From: Cyanophora paradoxa CCMP329
Lineage: Eukaryota; Plantae; Glaucophyta
DNA: 37,301 nt
Direction of reading: 5' to 3'
Assembly: GCA_004431415.1 (NCBI GenBank)
Contig: QPMI01000377.1
Span: 1 to 37,301, forward strand
In this document: positions 1 through 10,557 of the stretch, one piece after another
Position numbering within the stretch: position 1 is the stretch's first letter
Layout of the letters: the number at the start of each line of letters is the position of its first letter
Made by a program: the position numbers and the translations under genes
Notes under the pieces: generated by a model
Databases searched by the model: none
Seen by the model: the letters and a program-made list of their open reading frames with translations, nothing else
Told to the model about the DNA's origin: nothing

Positions 1-13
1 CGCGGGCGCAGAC

Positions 14-344
14 CTCGCCCATGACGAAGACCTTCTCGTCCGCGGCCATCTCCTCGTCCATAGCGGCGGTGAGCGCATCACGCACGGTCATCTGCGCGGG
101 CGGCGGGTTACGCGCGGGACCGCAGAGCCCGAGGTTTGCCCACCTCGGTCGCGTAGCTGCGGCGCGGGACGGAACTGCTGGCCTGCGCGAAGTGGGGCGG
201 AAAGCATATTCCGTCAGCTTCCGCGATCCGCCCCGCGGGAGGCGGGCCCGAATGATCCCGCACCAATCGCAGAGCCGATGCATGAGCGGAGGCCGGCCGG
301 GCACCGGCGGCGGCCGACCGCAGAGCCCTGCAGATCATCGACAT
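14..344 (-). CDS. PDHB: Pyruvate dehydrogenase E1 beta subunit, mitochondrial (5' part; gene runs off the window)
   Basis: Exons ~344-264, ~182-144 and 91-14 join via GT-AG introns to MSMICRALRSAAAGARPASAHASALRL-ASSSVPRRSYATE-MTVRDALTAAMDEEMAADEKVFVMGE. This is an Arg/Ala/Ser-rich presequence followed by the characteristic E1-beta N-terminus (MTVRDAL..A.DEEM..D.KVFVMGE). Confidence 0.9.
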
Positions 345-804
345 CGCTGCTACTGTGTGCTGTGGTCTCCCTGCGAGGCCGCCGGGATCAGACATGCGCG
401 CGCGCAGCGGAGGGGCGCCGCGCTCGAAATGGAACGGAAAGTCACCTTTCGGCTGTAGGCGCGAGAAACGGGCGTAGCGGCAGCAGCCCGTGAACCAACG
501 ACACACCTCGATCTGTGCCGATTTGCGTACCCCGCGCGCGACTACCCGATCCTACTGGCCTCGCTCGCTGCGCCCCCCCCAATTGCAAGCGCTTTCTTTT
601 CGCTCAGTCTGCCATCAAGTATTGCTCCGTGCGCTTAAGCACTGCAAGCCCCACCGCGAACGCGCCTAGAATTGGCTGACCCGCACGGGACTGCAGCTGC
701 AGGGGTTAAATTACTGTACATGCAGGTAGATGAGAACTGAACATAGCAAGAGAACGGGGCAGCGGTGCGCCTAGGTGCTGCGGAGGTCGTGAGCTCGAGC
801 CGCG

Positions 805-2030
805 CTAGAGCTTGATCCAGCCGAGCGCGATGAGGAGGACGACGACGAGGGCGCAGATGAGCATGATCATGGTGCAGTACGCCCACCTGCCGCGCACCGG
901 CGCTCAGCGCGGGGCGGGCGGGGGGCGGGAACCCGGAGGGCCGGGGGCCCGGACCTCTGCTTGGACATCTCGAAGACGCGCTTCATCTTCTTGCCCGTCG
1001 CTTCCATCCGCCCCTGCGTCCTGCGGCGCGGCGTGAGCGGGCGGCGGCGGCGCGGCGGCGGCGCGGGGCGCGCCTGTCCACGCCGTCCGTCAGCTCCCCG
1101 AGCAGCTTCTGATGCACGGACAGCTCGTCGCTGCGGCCGGCGTGAGGAGGGCAGGCGCCAGCGCCAGTGCGGGCGCGTGCGAATCGCGCACTTGATCGCT
1201 ATGCTGACTTCCTTCGTCCTGCCCACGGATGCGGAGAGGGCGTCCAGCACGTTGTCCTGCTCTGAGGGCCGTGTTCAGCGATCAGCGCGGCGCGGGCACA
1301 GCGCCGCAGCGGAGGGTCGGCGTACGATCAAGCATCGTCTTCTGCAGCGTGAGGACGTCGCGGCTGCCAAGCGCGCGCGTGTCGTCGGTCTCTGACCCAT
1401 CTATGCGGGCGGAAGCCCGGCCCGCCGAAGGCCCGTTGCCTCCGGGCAGCAGCATAGACCTGCACGTGCGCGCAAGGCCCACACGCGGTCGGCCACGGCT
1501 CACGCAGCACGGGCCAGCGCGAATGGAAGAGGCACCTGCTGGTCTCCGATGCCGGTGCCCGCACGCTCTGGAGCTGCCGCACGAGCTGGTCTCTCCTGTT
1601 TGACAGATTCGCGAGCAAATCTGTTCGCCTGCTGATCTCCTTCTCGGTCCTGCGCGGGTCGCGTGAGGAAAGCGCGTGGACGGCCGGCGGCGCCCAGCCC
1701 CAGCCGGCGAGCATTCCGGCCGCGCGGAATGTACGGCGCGGTGAACGCACATCTTCTTCGGGTCTGCTACGGCGAGCTTGCTGTCTAGCGTGGAGATCTG
1801 GTTGGAGAGCTGCTCCAGCTTCGTACGGAGCTGCACGCTGAGCTTCGAGGTTTCCGCGCCGCCCTGACGCGCGGTACGTGCGCATAAGCGCCCGCAGACG
1901 CGGTGGGCCGCAGCGGGCGCACCTTCTGGATGCGGACGCGCTCCTGGACCCCATTGAAGACTTCATCGCACAGCAGCTTCGCTTGGTTGTAGTCCTCCAG
2001 CCACTTCGCGTCCTGATTCGGACGCCCCAT
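805..2030 (-). CDS. Qc-SNARE / syntaxin-8 (SYP5)-like tail-anchored protein, multi-exon
   Basis: N-terminal helical region (WLEDYNQAKLLCDEV...EKEISRRTDLLANL), SNARE motif (EQDNVLDALSASVGRTKEVSIAIK...ELSVHQKLL...RMEATGKKMKRV) and C-terminal TM (YCTMIMLICALVVVLLIALGWIKL*). Stop at 805-807. Confidence 0.8.
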
Positions 2031-2234
2031 CGGCGTGGAACGCGCAGGAGAGCCAAAGGTTTCAATTTCTTAGGTTTGCGGGGCAGGGGTACAGTCTTAT
2101 CTTGGCTGCCTGCCAAAAGCGGGCGCCTCAAGCACACACCGCAGCGGTACTCTGGCAGTTCGGCGCACTCGGATATCTTTGCAGTACCTGCTTCTGCCTT
2201 CGTCAGCACTGCCGCCCAGCCGAGCTGCGCCGCA
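2031..2234. promoter_or_regulatory. Probable bidirectional promoter
   Basis: Only 204 bp separate the divergent ATGs of the SNARE gene (2030, -) and the large gene (2235, +). Confidence 0.5.
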
Positions 2235-5200
2235 ATGAAGGGCGGCCGGCCCGGCGCAGCGCCGGGCCTCGAGCTCCGCCGAGAGCTTGTGGAGTGGCTG
2301 TTGGCGGCGCAGATCATCCGGCATGAGCATTGCGTCGCCCTGGGCGACGGGAGCATCGTTGCTCTCGATGCAGCGGCGTCCGCCCACTTCGAGAGTGGGA
2401 TCGGTGTGTACTCAATGCTGGTGGCCGCAAACGCAAGGCTAGGGATGCAGACGCAGCCGCTGGACACGCTGAAAGACGTCGACACGCCCGTCGCGAAGCT
2501 GTGCGCTGGCCCGCCGCCTGGTTCCCCGACCCGCCCCCGAGCCCCCCGCGCGCAGCTACAACTGGAACGCGCTAGCTCCCGTGCTGCGGGCGGCCGGCGT
2601 GCAGCTGGACAACGACCTGAAGGCGCTCATCGTCGCCGGCGGTGCGCGGCCGTCCCCGGGCGGCCGGCGGGGCCCCGCCGACGCGGCGCAGATAACGACA
2701 TGCTGGTGGACGTGATGGAGCAGCTCTTCCACCTGATCATGCGGGAGCACGACGCCCCGCTGACCAGCGACCCCTACGGCTACGCCCACGCCCGTCCGCC
2801 CTGCCCCGCCCCGCCCCGCCCCGTCCCTCCCCCGCACCGCCGACGCCACGCCCGCAGCAGCCAACGGCGTGTACGTGGGAGACGCTGCGCCGCCGCCACC
2901 GGCGCCGCCTGTGGCCGTGGCCGGCGGGGTGGGCGTGCCGGAGACGCCGGGGGGCGCGCGGGCGAACGCGCCGATGGAGCTGCTGCGGCTGATGGCGTAC
3001 CCCCTCACGCACCGGACGCTGTACGACTTCCTCGTGGACGCCCTCTGCGGGACCCTGGGGGTGGACCCCGGCCAGGCCCGCCCGCCCCGCCCGCCCCGCC
3101 CCGCCCCAGCGCTCCCTTTCCTTTGCTTTCCTTATCGGGGGGGCGGGGCAGGCGTCGGGGATGCTGTCGGTGCACGGGGCGGCGCTGGCGGGGGTGCTGG
3201 TGAACGGGGCGAAGGGCGACTTCGAGCCGCCGCTGGCGCTGCTGGCGCACCTGGCGGGCAAGGCGGTGGAGGTGGAGGCGCTGCTGGTGCGGGAGCCGCA
3301 GGGGGCCGTCCGCCTCCTCCACGCCGCCCTCCAGCCCGCCCTCGTCTCCTACCACCCCGACGTCGTCCACCAGGCCCGCCCCCGCCCCCGCCCGCCCCGC
3401 CTCGCCCGGCTTCCTCTCGTGAGCGGCGGGGCGGCAGGCGGCGCGCTTCCTGACGCACGTCGCCCTCGCCCTCGGGCCCGTGGACGCCCTTCCCTACGTC
3501 TGGGACTGGCGCGCCGCCCCCGCCCCGCCCCTCCCCGCTCCCCTGAGGCGCGCCCCGCCACAGGTTCATCAGCGCCGGCGGGGGCCTCGAGGCGTGCCTG
3601 GCGTCGTTCTTCCGGCGGGGGGCGCCCCGGGGGGAGCTCGCGGCGTACATGGCGGCGGCCTCGGGGCGGGGCCACCTGCGCGTCCTCGTGGAGACGCACC
3701 TCCCGGCGGCGCTGCCGGACCCGGTGCGGTACGTGGCGGCGCTGCGGGCGCTGCTGCCGGCGGTGGCGGAGGCGGCGGAGGCGCGGGACGAGTTCGTGCG
3801 CGGCGGCGTCCTCGAGTACGCCATCGAGTACGGCGTCCGCATGGGCGGCGGCGCCCAGGCCCCCGCCGCCACCCCGCCCCTCTACAGTGCGCCCGCCCCG
3901 CCGCCCCGCCCCGCCCCGCACTGCGCGGGGCCCGAGGCCGGCCTTGCAGTGCCCGGGGGCACGAGCGAGGAGGTGCGGCACGCCACCTACTCCCTCCTCG
4001 CCGACCTCTGGTGCCTCCCCCCGTCCCCCCGCCCGCCCGCCCCGGGGCCATCTCTCCCCGGCTCGAGGCTGAGGCGGGCGGCCTCCTCGGGCAGGTCGCG
4101 GTTCGCGGGGGCGGTGGCGGCGCTGCCGGACGCGCCGCGGGCGGTGCTGGCGACCCTCAAGAAGGGCTGCCGCGACCGCAGCGCCCCGCTCCAGGTCGAG
4201 GCCCACGCCGCCCTCTTCCGCCTCCTCGACGCCCTCACCGCCGCCAAGGCCCGCCCCGCCCCGCCCCGCACCCCGCATCCCTAGGCGCCCCGCGGCACTG
4301 CCGACCCGCCTCTGACTCGCGGGGCGCCTCAGGACGCGATGGCGCCGCAGGTGTACAAGACGCTGATCTTCAGCCTGATCGAGCACCGGCCGAGCGAGCT
4401 GCTGCGGCCCTTCCTGCTCGCCAACCTCGCGATCACGCTGCGCGGCGCGCCCAACATCCCCGTCGGCGTCCTCGTCGAGCCGCTGCTGCGCCAGGCGGCG
4501 CTGTACGGCTACTCCAACGGCGACTTCGACTTCCACCTGGCGCTGGCGACGCACGCGGGGCTGGGGCCCAAGCACGCCGCCATGCTCCTCGACTTCCTCG
4601 CCCGCGTCGCCGCCACCGACACCACCTTCGGCCGCCTCGCCGCCCTCCCCCTCCTCCTCATCGCCCGCCGCCTCGCCCCGCACCGCCCGGGCCTCGAGCA
4701 GCTCCTCCGCCTCGCCGCGCACCTCCTCGGCCTCATCGAGGCCCGCGACGCCCGCCCGCCCCCGGACGCCCTGCCCCTCCCCTTCCGCCCCGCCCCCGCT
4801 GAGCCCTCCGGGGCGGCCGGGGCGGGGGGGCGGCCGGAGGGGATCGTGGAGAACCACGAGCTGGAGGGGTCGGAGGAGGCGGCGGCCGTGCGGCGCGCCC
4901 TCGCCGCCGAGCTCCTCGCCAAGCTCGCCAACCTCCACGCCGTCCGCGCCCCCGCCCCGCCCCGCACCGCCCCGTCCGGGTCCGACGGGGCGATGTGGGA
5001 CGCGCAGCCGGGGCTGAACGAGCGGGCCTTCCCGCTGGTGCTGGCGGCCGCCCGCCGCGCCGCCCTCGCCTCGGTCTCGGGCCGCTGCCCCTCCGCCCTC
5101 GCCGCCCTCGTCGGCTTCTACGCCCCGTGCGCCCCGCCCCGCCCGCCCCGCCCCGCCCCGCCCCGCCGGCCTCACGCGGGGCCGGCAGGCCGAGTGGAGC

Positions 5201-8200
5201 GCGGGGATGGCGGAGGAGGCGATCTACAGCGACCGCCCGGCCTCGGTGCCGGAGGCGTGGCCCGAGTTCCCCGGCGAGGCCCTCCCCGCCGCCCCTGCGG
5301 GGGCCCCCGGCGCGCCGGCGGCGGACGAGCCGGGCTCGGAGTCGGCGGGGCGGAAGAAGAAGGAGGGCGGGGGGAGCCCCGGGAAGAAGCCTCCGGCCGG
5401 GGCCGGGGGCGGTAGCCCCGGGAAGAAGAGGGGGGTGAAGCCGGCGGCGGAGGCGGCCCTCTTCGTCGAGCGCGCCAAGAAGGGCTACGCCACCAAGCCC
5501 AAGAAGGGCGCCCCCGCCGCCCCCGCCGCCGCCCCGGCCCCCGCGGGGGAGGATCGGGCGGGGACCAGCCACTCGGTGCGGACGGAGCCGCTGCCCGACG
5601 ACGAGCGGCCGCGGGCCGGCGAGGCGCCGCCCCCTGCGCGCTCCTTCCTCGCGGCGCCGGGCGGGGAGGCCGGGGGCCCCTCGGAGGACGACCTCGTGCA
5701 GACCGGCTCGCCCCCGCGCCGGCGGGGCCCCGGGGCCGCCTCGGACGAGAGCCCCGGGGGCGAGGCGGAGGCGGAGGCCGGCGCGCCCCCCGCGGGGAAG
5801 GGGCGCCAGCGGGCGCAGGAGTTCATAGACAAGGTGCGGGGCCCCCTCCCCTCTCCTCCCCGGGGGCCAGCGGGGCCGAGCGGGGCCGGCGTGCGCGGGG
5901 GCAGGTGCGGGAGGCGCGGGAGGCGAAGGAGGCGGCGCGGCGGCGGGAGGCGGAGGAGAAGGCGGCCAAGGTCGAGCGCGTCAAGCGCCACCTCGAGGGC
6001 CGCCGCCTCGCCGGCCGCCCCGGGCCCGGCCCCCGCCCCGGCGACCCCGACGGCCCCGACGCCGGCTGGGCCGAGCCGCCGCCGCCGGCGCAGGCGGCCC
6101 CGCCGGCCCCGCCGGCGCGCCAGCCGTCAAAGCGGGCCCCGGCGGGGGCGCCCCGGGCGGCCTCCATGGCGCCCCGCGCGGCCCTGCGGCGGGGGCGGGT
6201 GCGGGGGCGGCGGAGAAGGCGGGGAAGGGGCGGCGGCGCCCAGCGCCGGCGGCGCGGGAGGGGACGGACGGGGAGGAGGAGGCGCTGAACGAGCGGCTGC
6301 GGGCGGACCCGGAGGCGCTGCTGCCGCCGGGCTGGGAGAAGGTCCTCGTGGAGGCGGTGCGGGAGGAGCACGTCGTGCCGGCCGACCTCGGCGTGCACCC
6401 GGCCCTCGCCGCCGGCCTCGAGATGGTCGACCTCGCCCTCGCCCGCGCCGTCGGCGCCCACATCCTGGACCCCGTCCCCGTCGTCCGCAAGCGCGCCTAC
6501 GCCCGCCGCGCCCCGCGCCCCGACGCCAGCGACGACGCCGACGCGGAGTCTGACGCCGTCCGCCCCCGCCCGCCCGCTTTGCCATTGTTCTCCCCGCCCC
6601 GCCCCTGACGGCCCCCGCAGGGCGCGAGGACGACGCGGAGCGCGCGGCGGGCGGGGGCCCCGCGGAGCGCGCGGCGGGCGCGGGAGAAGGGCGGGGCGGA
6701 GAGCGACGGGGCGGTGCCGTACGGGCGGCAGCGGCCGAAATCGGAGGGCCGCTGGCGGCAGGCGGCGGAGGCGGCGGCGCGGCGCGGGCGCCCCGCGGCG
6801 GCGCACAGCGACGCGGAGGCCGTCCCGCCGGCCCCGGCCCCCGCGGGGGCGGCCGGCAAGGAACTGCGCCGCAAGTCGCCGACGCGCGCCGAGCCGCAGC
6901 GCCCGTACGACCGGCCCTGGGCCAAGGCCGGCGTCGCCCCGGCGGCCCCCGCGGCGGCCCCCGCGGCGGCCGCCGGGGCGGGGGAGGCGGGGGCGGGGCG
7001 GGGCTGTGGCGGGGGGCGAAGCACCAGCGGGCGCTGGTGCTCTTCATGCACCACCTGCTCTCCGACGTCATCGCGGACGTCGTCGCGGGCAAGGCCCAGC
7101 GCCGCCTCGCCGCCCGCGCCGCCCGCGCCCGCCGCCAGAACTTCGGCGATGAGGCCCGCCCGCCCCGCCCCGCCCCGCTTGGCCCCGCCGGCCCCCCACG
7201 CTCGCTGAGGCGGGCGGGGCGCGGGGGGCAGGTGTCGCGGGAGAACGTGCTGGGGCTCAAGCACCCCAAGGAGCACCAGCGCTCCCCCTCCGAGAGCCCC
7301 TCGCCGCTGCGCGGGCGCGTGGGCAGCGTGCTCGAGGAGGGCACCGCCACGCGCGGCCTCTCCACCAAGGACCGCCTCCGCCAGTACCAGGAGGAGAAGC
7401 GCCGCGCCGAGCGCACGGCGCGCGAGGAGGAGCGCACGCGGCGCGCCGCGATGGACGCCGTCAAGGCCGAGGAGAAGGCCAAGGAGCAGCGGCGGCGCGA
7501 GCGCGACCGGAAGAAGCTCGACGAGTACAAAGGCCGCAAGCCCGACGACCCACCGGGGGCCGGCACCGCCGCCGCCGCCCCCGCGGGGGCGCCCAAGGCC
7601 CCTGCCGGCCCGAAGCCGGCGGCGGGGCCCGGCGGGGCCCGGCGGCCGGCGGGGCCGGGCAAGGGGAAGGGCAAGGGCAAGGGGGCGCCGCGGGCAAGAA
7701 GAAGTCGGGGTGCGCTGGGGCCCTCTCTGGGCGCTGCGGGCGGGGCCCGACGCCTCACGCCCGCCTCGGCCTCGCGCGCGCAGGGACGAGGCGGAGCTGC
7801 ACGAGCTGCACGACGGGCTGCCCCCGGAGCCGATGATCGCCGACGGCCAGCGCCCCGCCGCCCACCGCAAGTCCGCCGCCGGCCTCCCCGACGCCCCCGT
7901 CGGCGAGGGCGAGGGCGAGGGCGGGGCCCCCGCCGCGCCCCCGAAGGAGGCGGTGCGCCCGCCGCCCGCCGCCCGCCGCCCGCCGCCCCCCTCGCGGGGC
8001 CCGACGGGGCGGGGGCGGGGCGGGCAGGACCCGCTGCTGACGAGCGCGGACGACATCCTGCTGAAGGCGCGGAGCGCGCTGGCGGGGATGCAGGACTTCA
8101 TCGCCCAGCAGGACGCCGCCGAGGCCGCCGTCGCCGCCGCCGCCGCCCCCGCCCCGACGAGGACCCCGCCCCGGCCCCGCCGCCCCGGGCCCCGCCCGGA

Positions 8201-8576
8201 CGCCCCGCAGGCCCCGCCGGCCCCGGCGGAGGACCCGGCCCCGCCGGAGGACCCGGCAGAGGCCGGGCCCGAGGCGGCGGCGGCGGCCGTGGGGGAGGCG
8301 CCCCCGGCAGCAGAGGAGCCGGCGCCGGAGCCGGCGGCGCCGGCGGAGGGCGAAGGGGACCCTCCAAGGGACGCGCCGCCCCCGCCCCCGCCGGCCGCCG
8401 ACGAGCCGCCGCCGGCTGCGGAGGAGCCGCCGGCGGCCTCCGCGGCTGCAGAGGGGGACACCCCAGCGGGGGAGGGCGAGGGCGCGCCCGAGGGGGGCGG
8501 CGAGGCGCCGGCGGGGGGCGAGGGTGGCGAGGCGGCGCCGGCGGAGGAGGAGCGGCACACGATCGCAGAGCAGTAG
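2235..8576 (+). CDS. Large uncharacterised multi-exon protein: N-terminal calponin-homology-like segment, helical/ARM-like middle, coiled-coil and Pro/Ala/Glu-rich C-terminus
   Basis: Protein-like exons join in frame across introns such as 3076-3151, 3374-3437, 3509-3563, 4249-4332 and 7154-7231. The segment DTPVAKLYNWNAL...LDNDLKALIVAG.NDMLVDVMEQLF resembles CH domains of SPEF1/SPEF2-type ciliary proteins (by eye). It may be more than one gene. Confidence 0.6.
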
Positions 8577-10557
8577 GCGCTCGTCCGACGCCGCCCAGCT
8601 CTAGTTATGTTGTTCACTAGTGGATTTCCCATTACATCATCCATTCCCACTCACTCGGTGCCTGGCCATGGCCGGAGACGCGGTGTACATGTGGAGCTGT
8701 GCCACGGTGGGGGCAGTTGCATGGGACAGCCTGCAGCTGGCAGACTCATTTAAGCCTTGAAAAGCCTGATGATCATGAGCATGACTCAGTGAGCCTTCTA
8801 TTTTCGGAAGTTCCTGCAATTAGCCTAGTAGTTTACTGTTATATCTTTGTGAACTCCGAGGATCTAGGTCTGGATCTTTGACAGTATACGTAGTTCCTCG
8901 TGTTCGTTCTCCTTATTCACTGCGCCCCTGTACATGTGCTCTTCGTCGTTTTTAGTATGCATATGATTGCTGCGGCCTTGAGCTCTTCTGCTACTAGGCT
9001 ACTAGGCTACTTCTTCTCGTGCTCGTTCTCCTTGTCCTTAGCGTTCTTACAATCGTGTTCCTTCTTTTCAAGTTTAATTCCTCTTGATCATGTCTTGCGA
9101 TTGTCTTTATATGATCTCTGTGATGTGTGATTACCTTGTAATCTTTTAATATGACTACCGGTACCTACGGGGGGTTCGCCCCACGTGCACGTGCACCCCC
9201 GGTGACCGTAGTCTCTCCAAAAAAATTTTTCTGGTGGATTACAGTATTGATGAATTCGATTTAATCGCAATGCGCACGAACTCTCGTGAGAAAGAACACT
9301 TTCGAAATTCGAGCTCCATCTAGCGGCGCCACTCGCACAATTGATTGGGAGTTGAAATTTGCTTGCAATTAAAATATTGCCAACTGCGATCGCGCGTTAT
9401 TGCGTTATTCGCGATCGTGCACGTGCCAAATTGCTGCCAATTCGATATTCCGCGATCCGCGAGCGCCGTCGAATCGCGGCGTCGCGATCGATTGCACAGT
9501 GCAATATTCGGTGCCTGCCACACGCCGCTGGCAGACGGTGCTGCGCGCAGCCCGCAGCTGATCATGATCATGAGTGCGCGGCCGCCTGAGGCTGCGGCGG
9601 CAGAGGCGCAGCATCCGATGTCGGCGCAGCTGCGCTGCGGCAATTTGTCGGCCCTTGTCGGGAGTCGGGTCTCGGCCCTCGGGACGTCCCGATCGATATC
9701 GCGAGTCCGCGCGCCGCGCGCGCGGCCCGGCCGCGGCTGCCGCGCATGCGCAGGCAGCGCAGTGCGCATGCATATGCATGGGATACCAGTATCGATGGGC
9801 CGCAATCGCGAGGCTGCGCTAGCCTGCGCAGTGCGCATTGCCGCAGTGCGCGCATGCGCCCAACGCCGCCCATGCGCATGCCATGATGAATCATTCATTG
9901 ATGATGCACATGTACCGGTACAAGGATTCGAGTCACGGCTCGAAGCAAAAAAAAGAGCGCCGGCTCGGGAACTTGATCGGTATCAATCATATCATGCCAT
10001 GATGAATCATTGCGCTCCACGCGAATGCGGGTGACACGGCCCCAGGGAGGGGGGTAGAAGAAGCCGGGACGGGGGGGCCGCCGGCGCCCGCCGCCCGGCC
10101 GCGCGGCGGCGCCGCCCGGCCGGCGCCGCCGCGCGCGGGCGCCCCGGCCGCGGCGGCGCGGCGCCGGCCCCGGGCACAAGCTTCGAATATTAATTCAAGG
10201 CTTGATGAAGTCGACGTCTCGATCTCGAACTTGCCAAGTTGCGAAGCCCGCAGCTGGCAGCCTAGGCCTGGCCTGGCACGAACTTCGAAAGGCGCTCAGC
10301 GGCTAAGCCTCAAGGCTTCAAGGCTTCGACTCCCTGCACGCAGCCGGATAGAGGCAGACCCGTACGCCGGGCGGGGAGCGATCAACCGCACGCGCAGCCC
10401 CCGGCGGGCCCGTACGGGCATAGGGCGCGGTGCGGCTAACGCTTCCATGGCCAGCCTTCGGGGCCTGCATGGCCAGCGCGAAGCTACGCACACAGCTGCA
10501 GCAGCGAATGCACGCCTCTTGACAATGCGCTTCGTAATCTGACCCTGTTGCCATCGA

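Noticed and set aside
3349-8650. Many long overlapping Gly/Arg/Pro/Ala-rich ORFs on both strands (here and throughout the window)
   Set aside because: Expected from extreme GC content and stop-poor introns. They are shadows of spliced genes.
8767-8795. CTGATGA followed by a small stem as another hammerhead
   Set aside because: No GAAA after the stem, and no stems I or III.
8890-9130. Hydrophobic ORF or Lys/Glu-rich antisense ORF in AT-rich spacer
   Set aside because: Short, no reliable start, interrupted by stops, and no recognisable domain.
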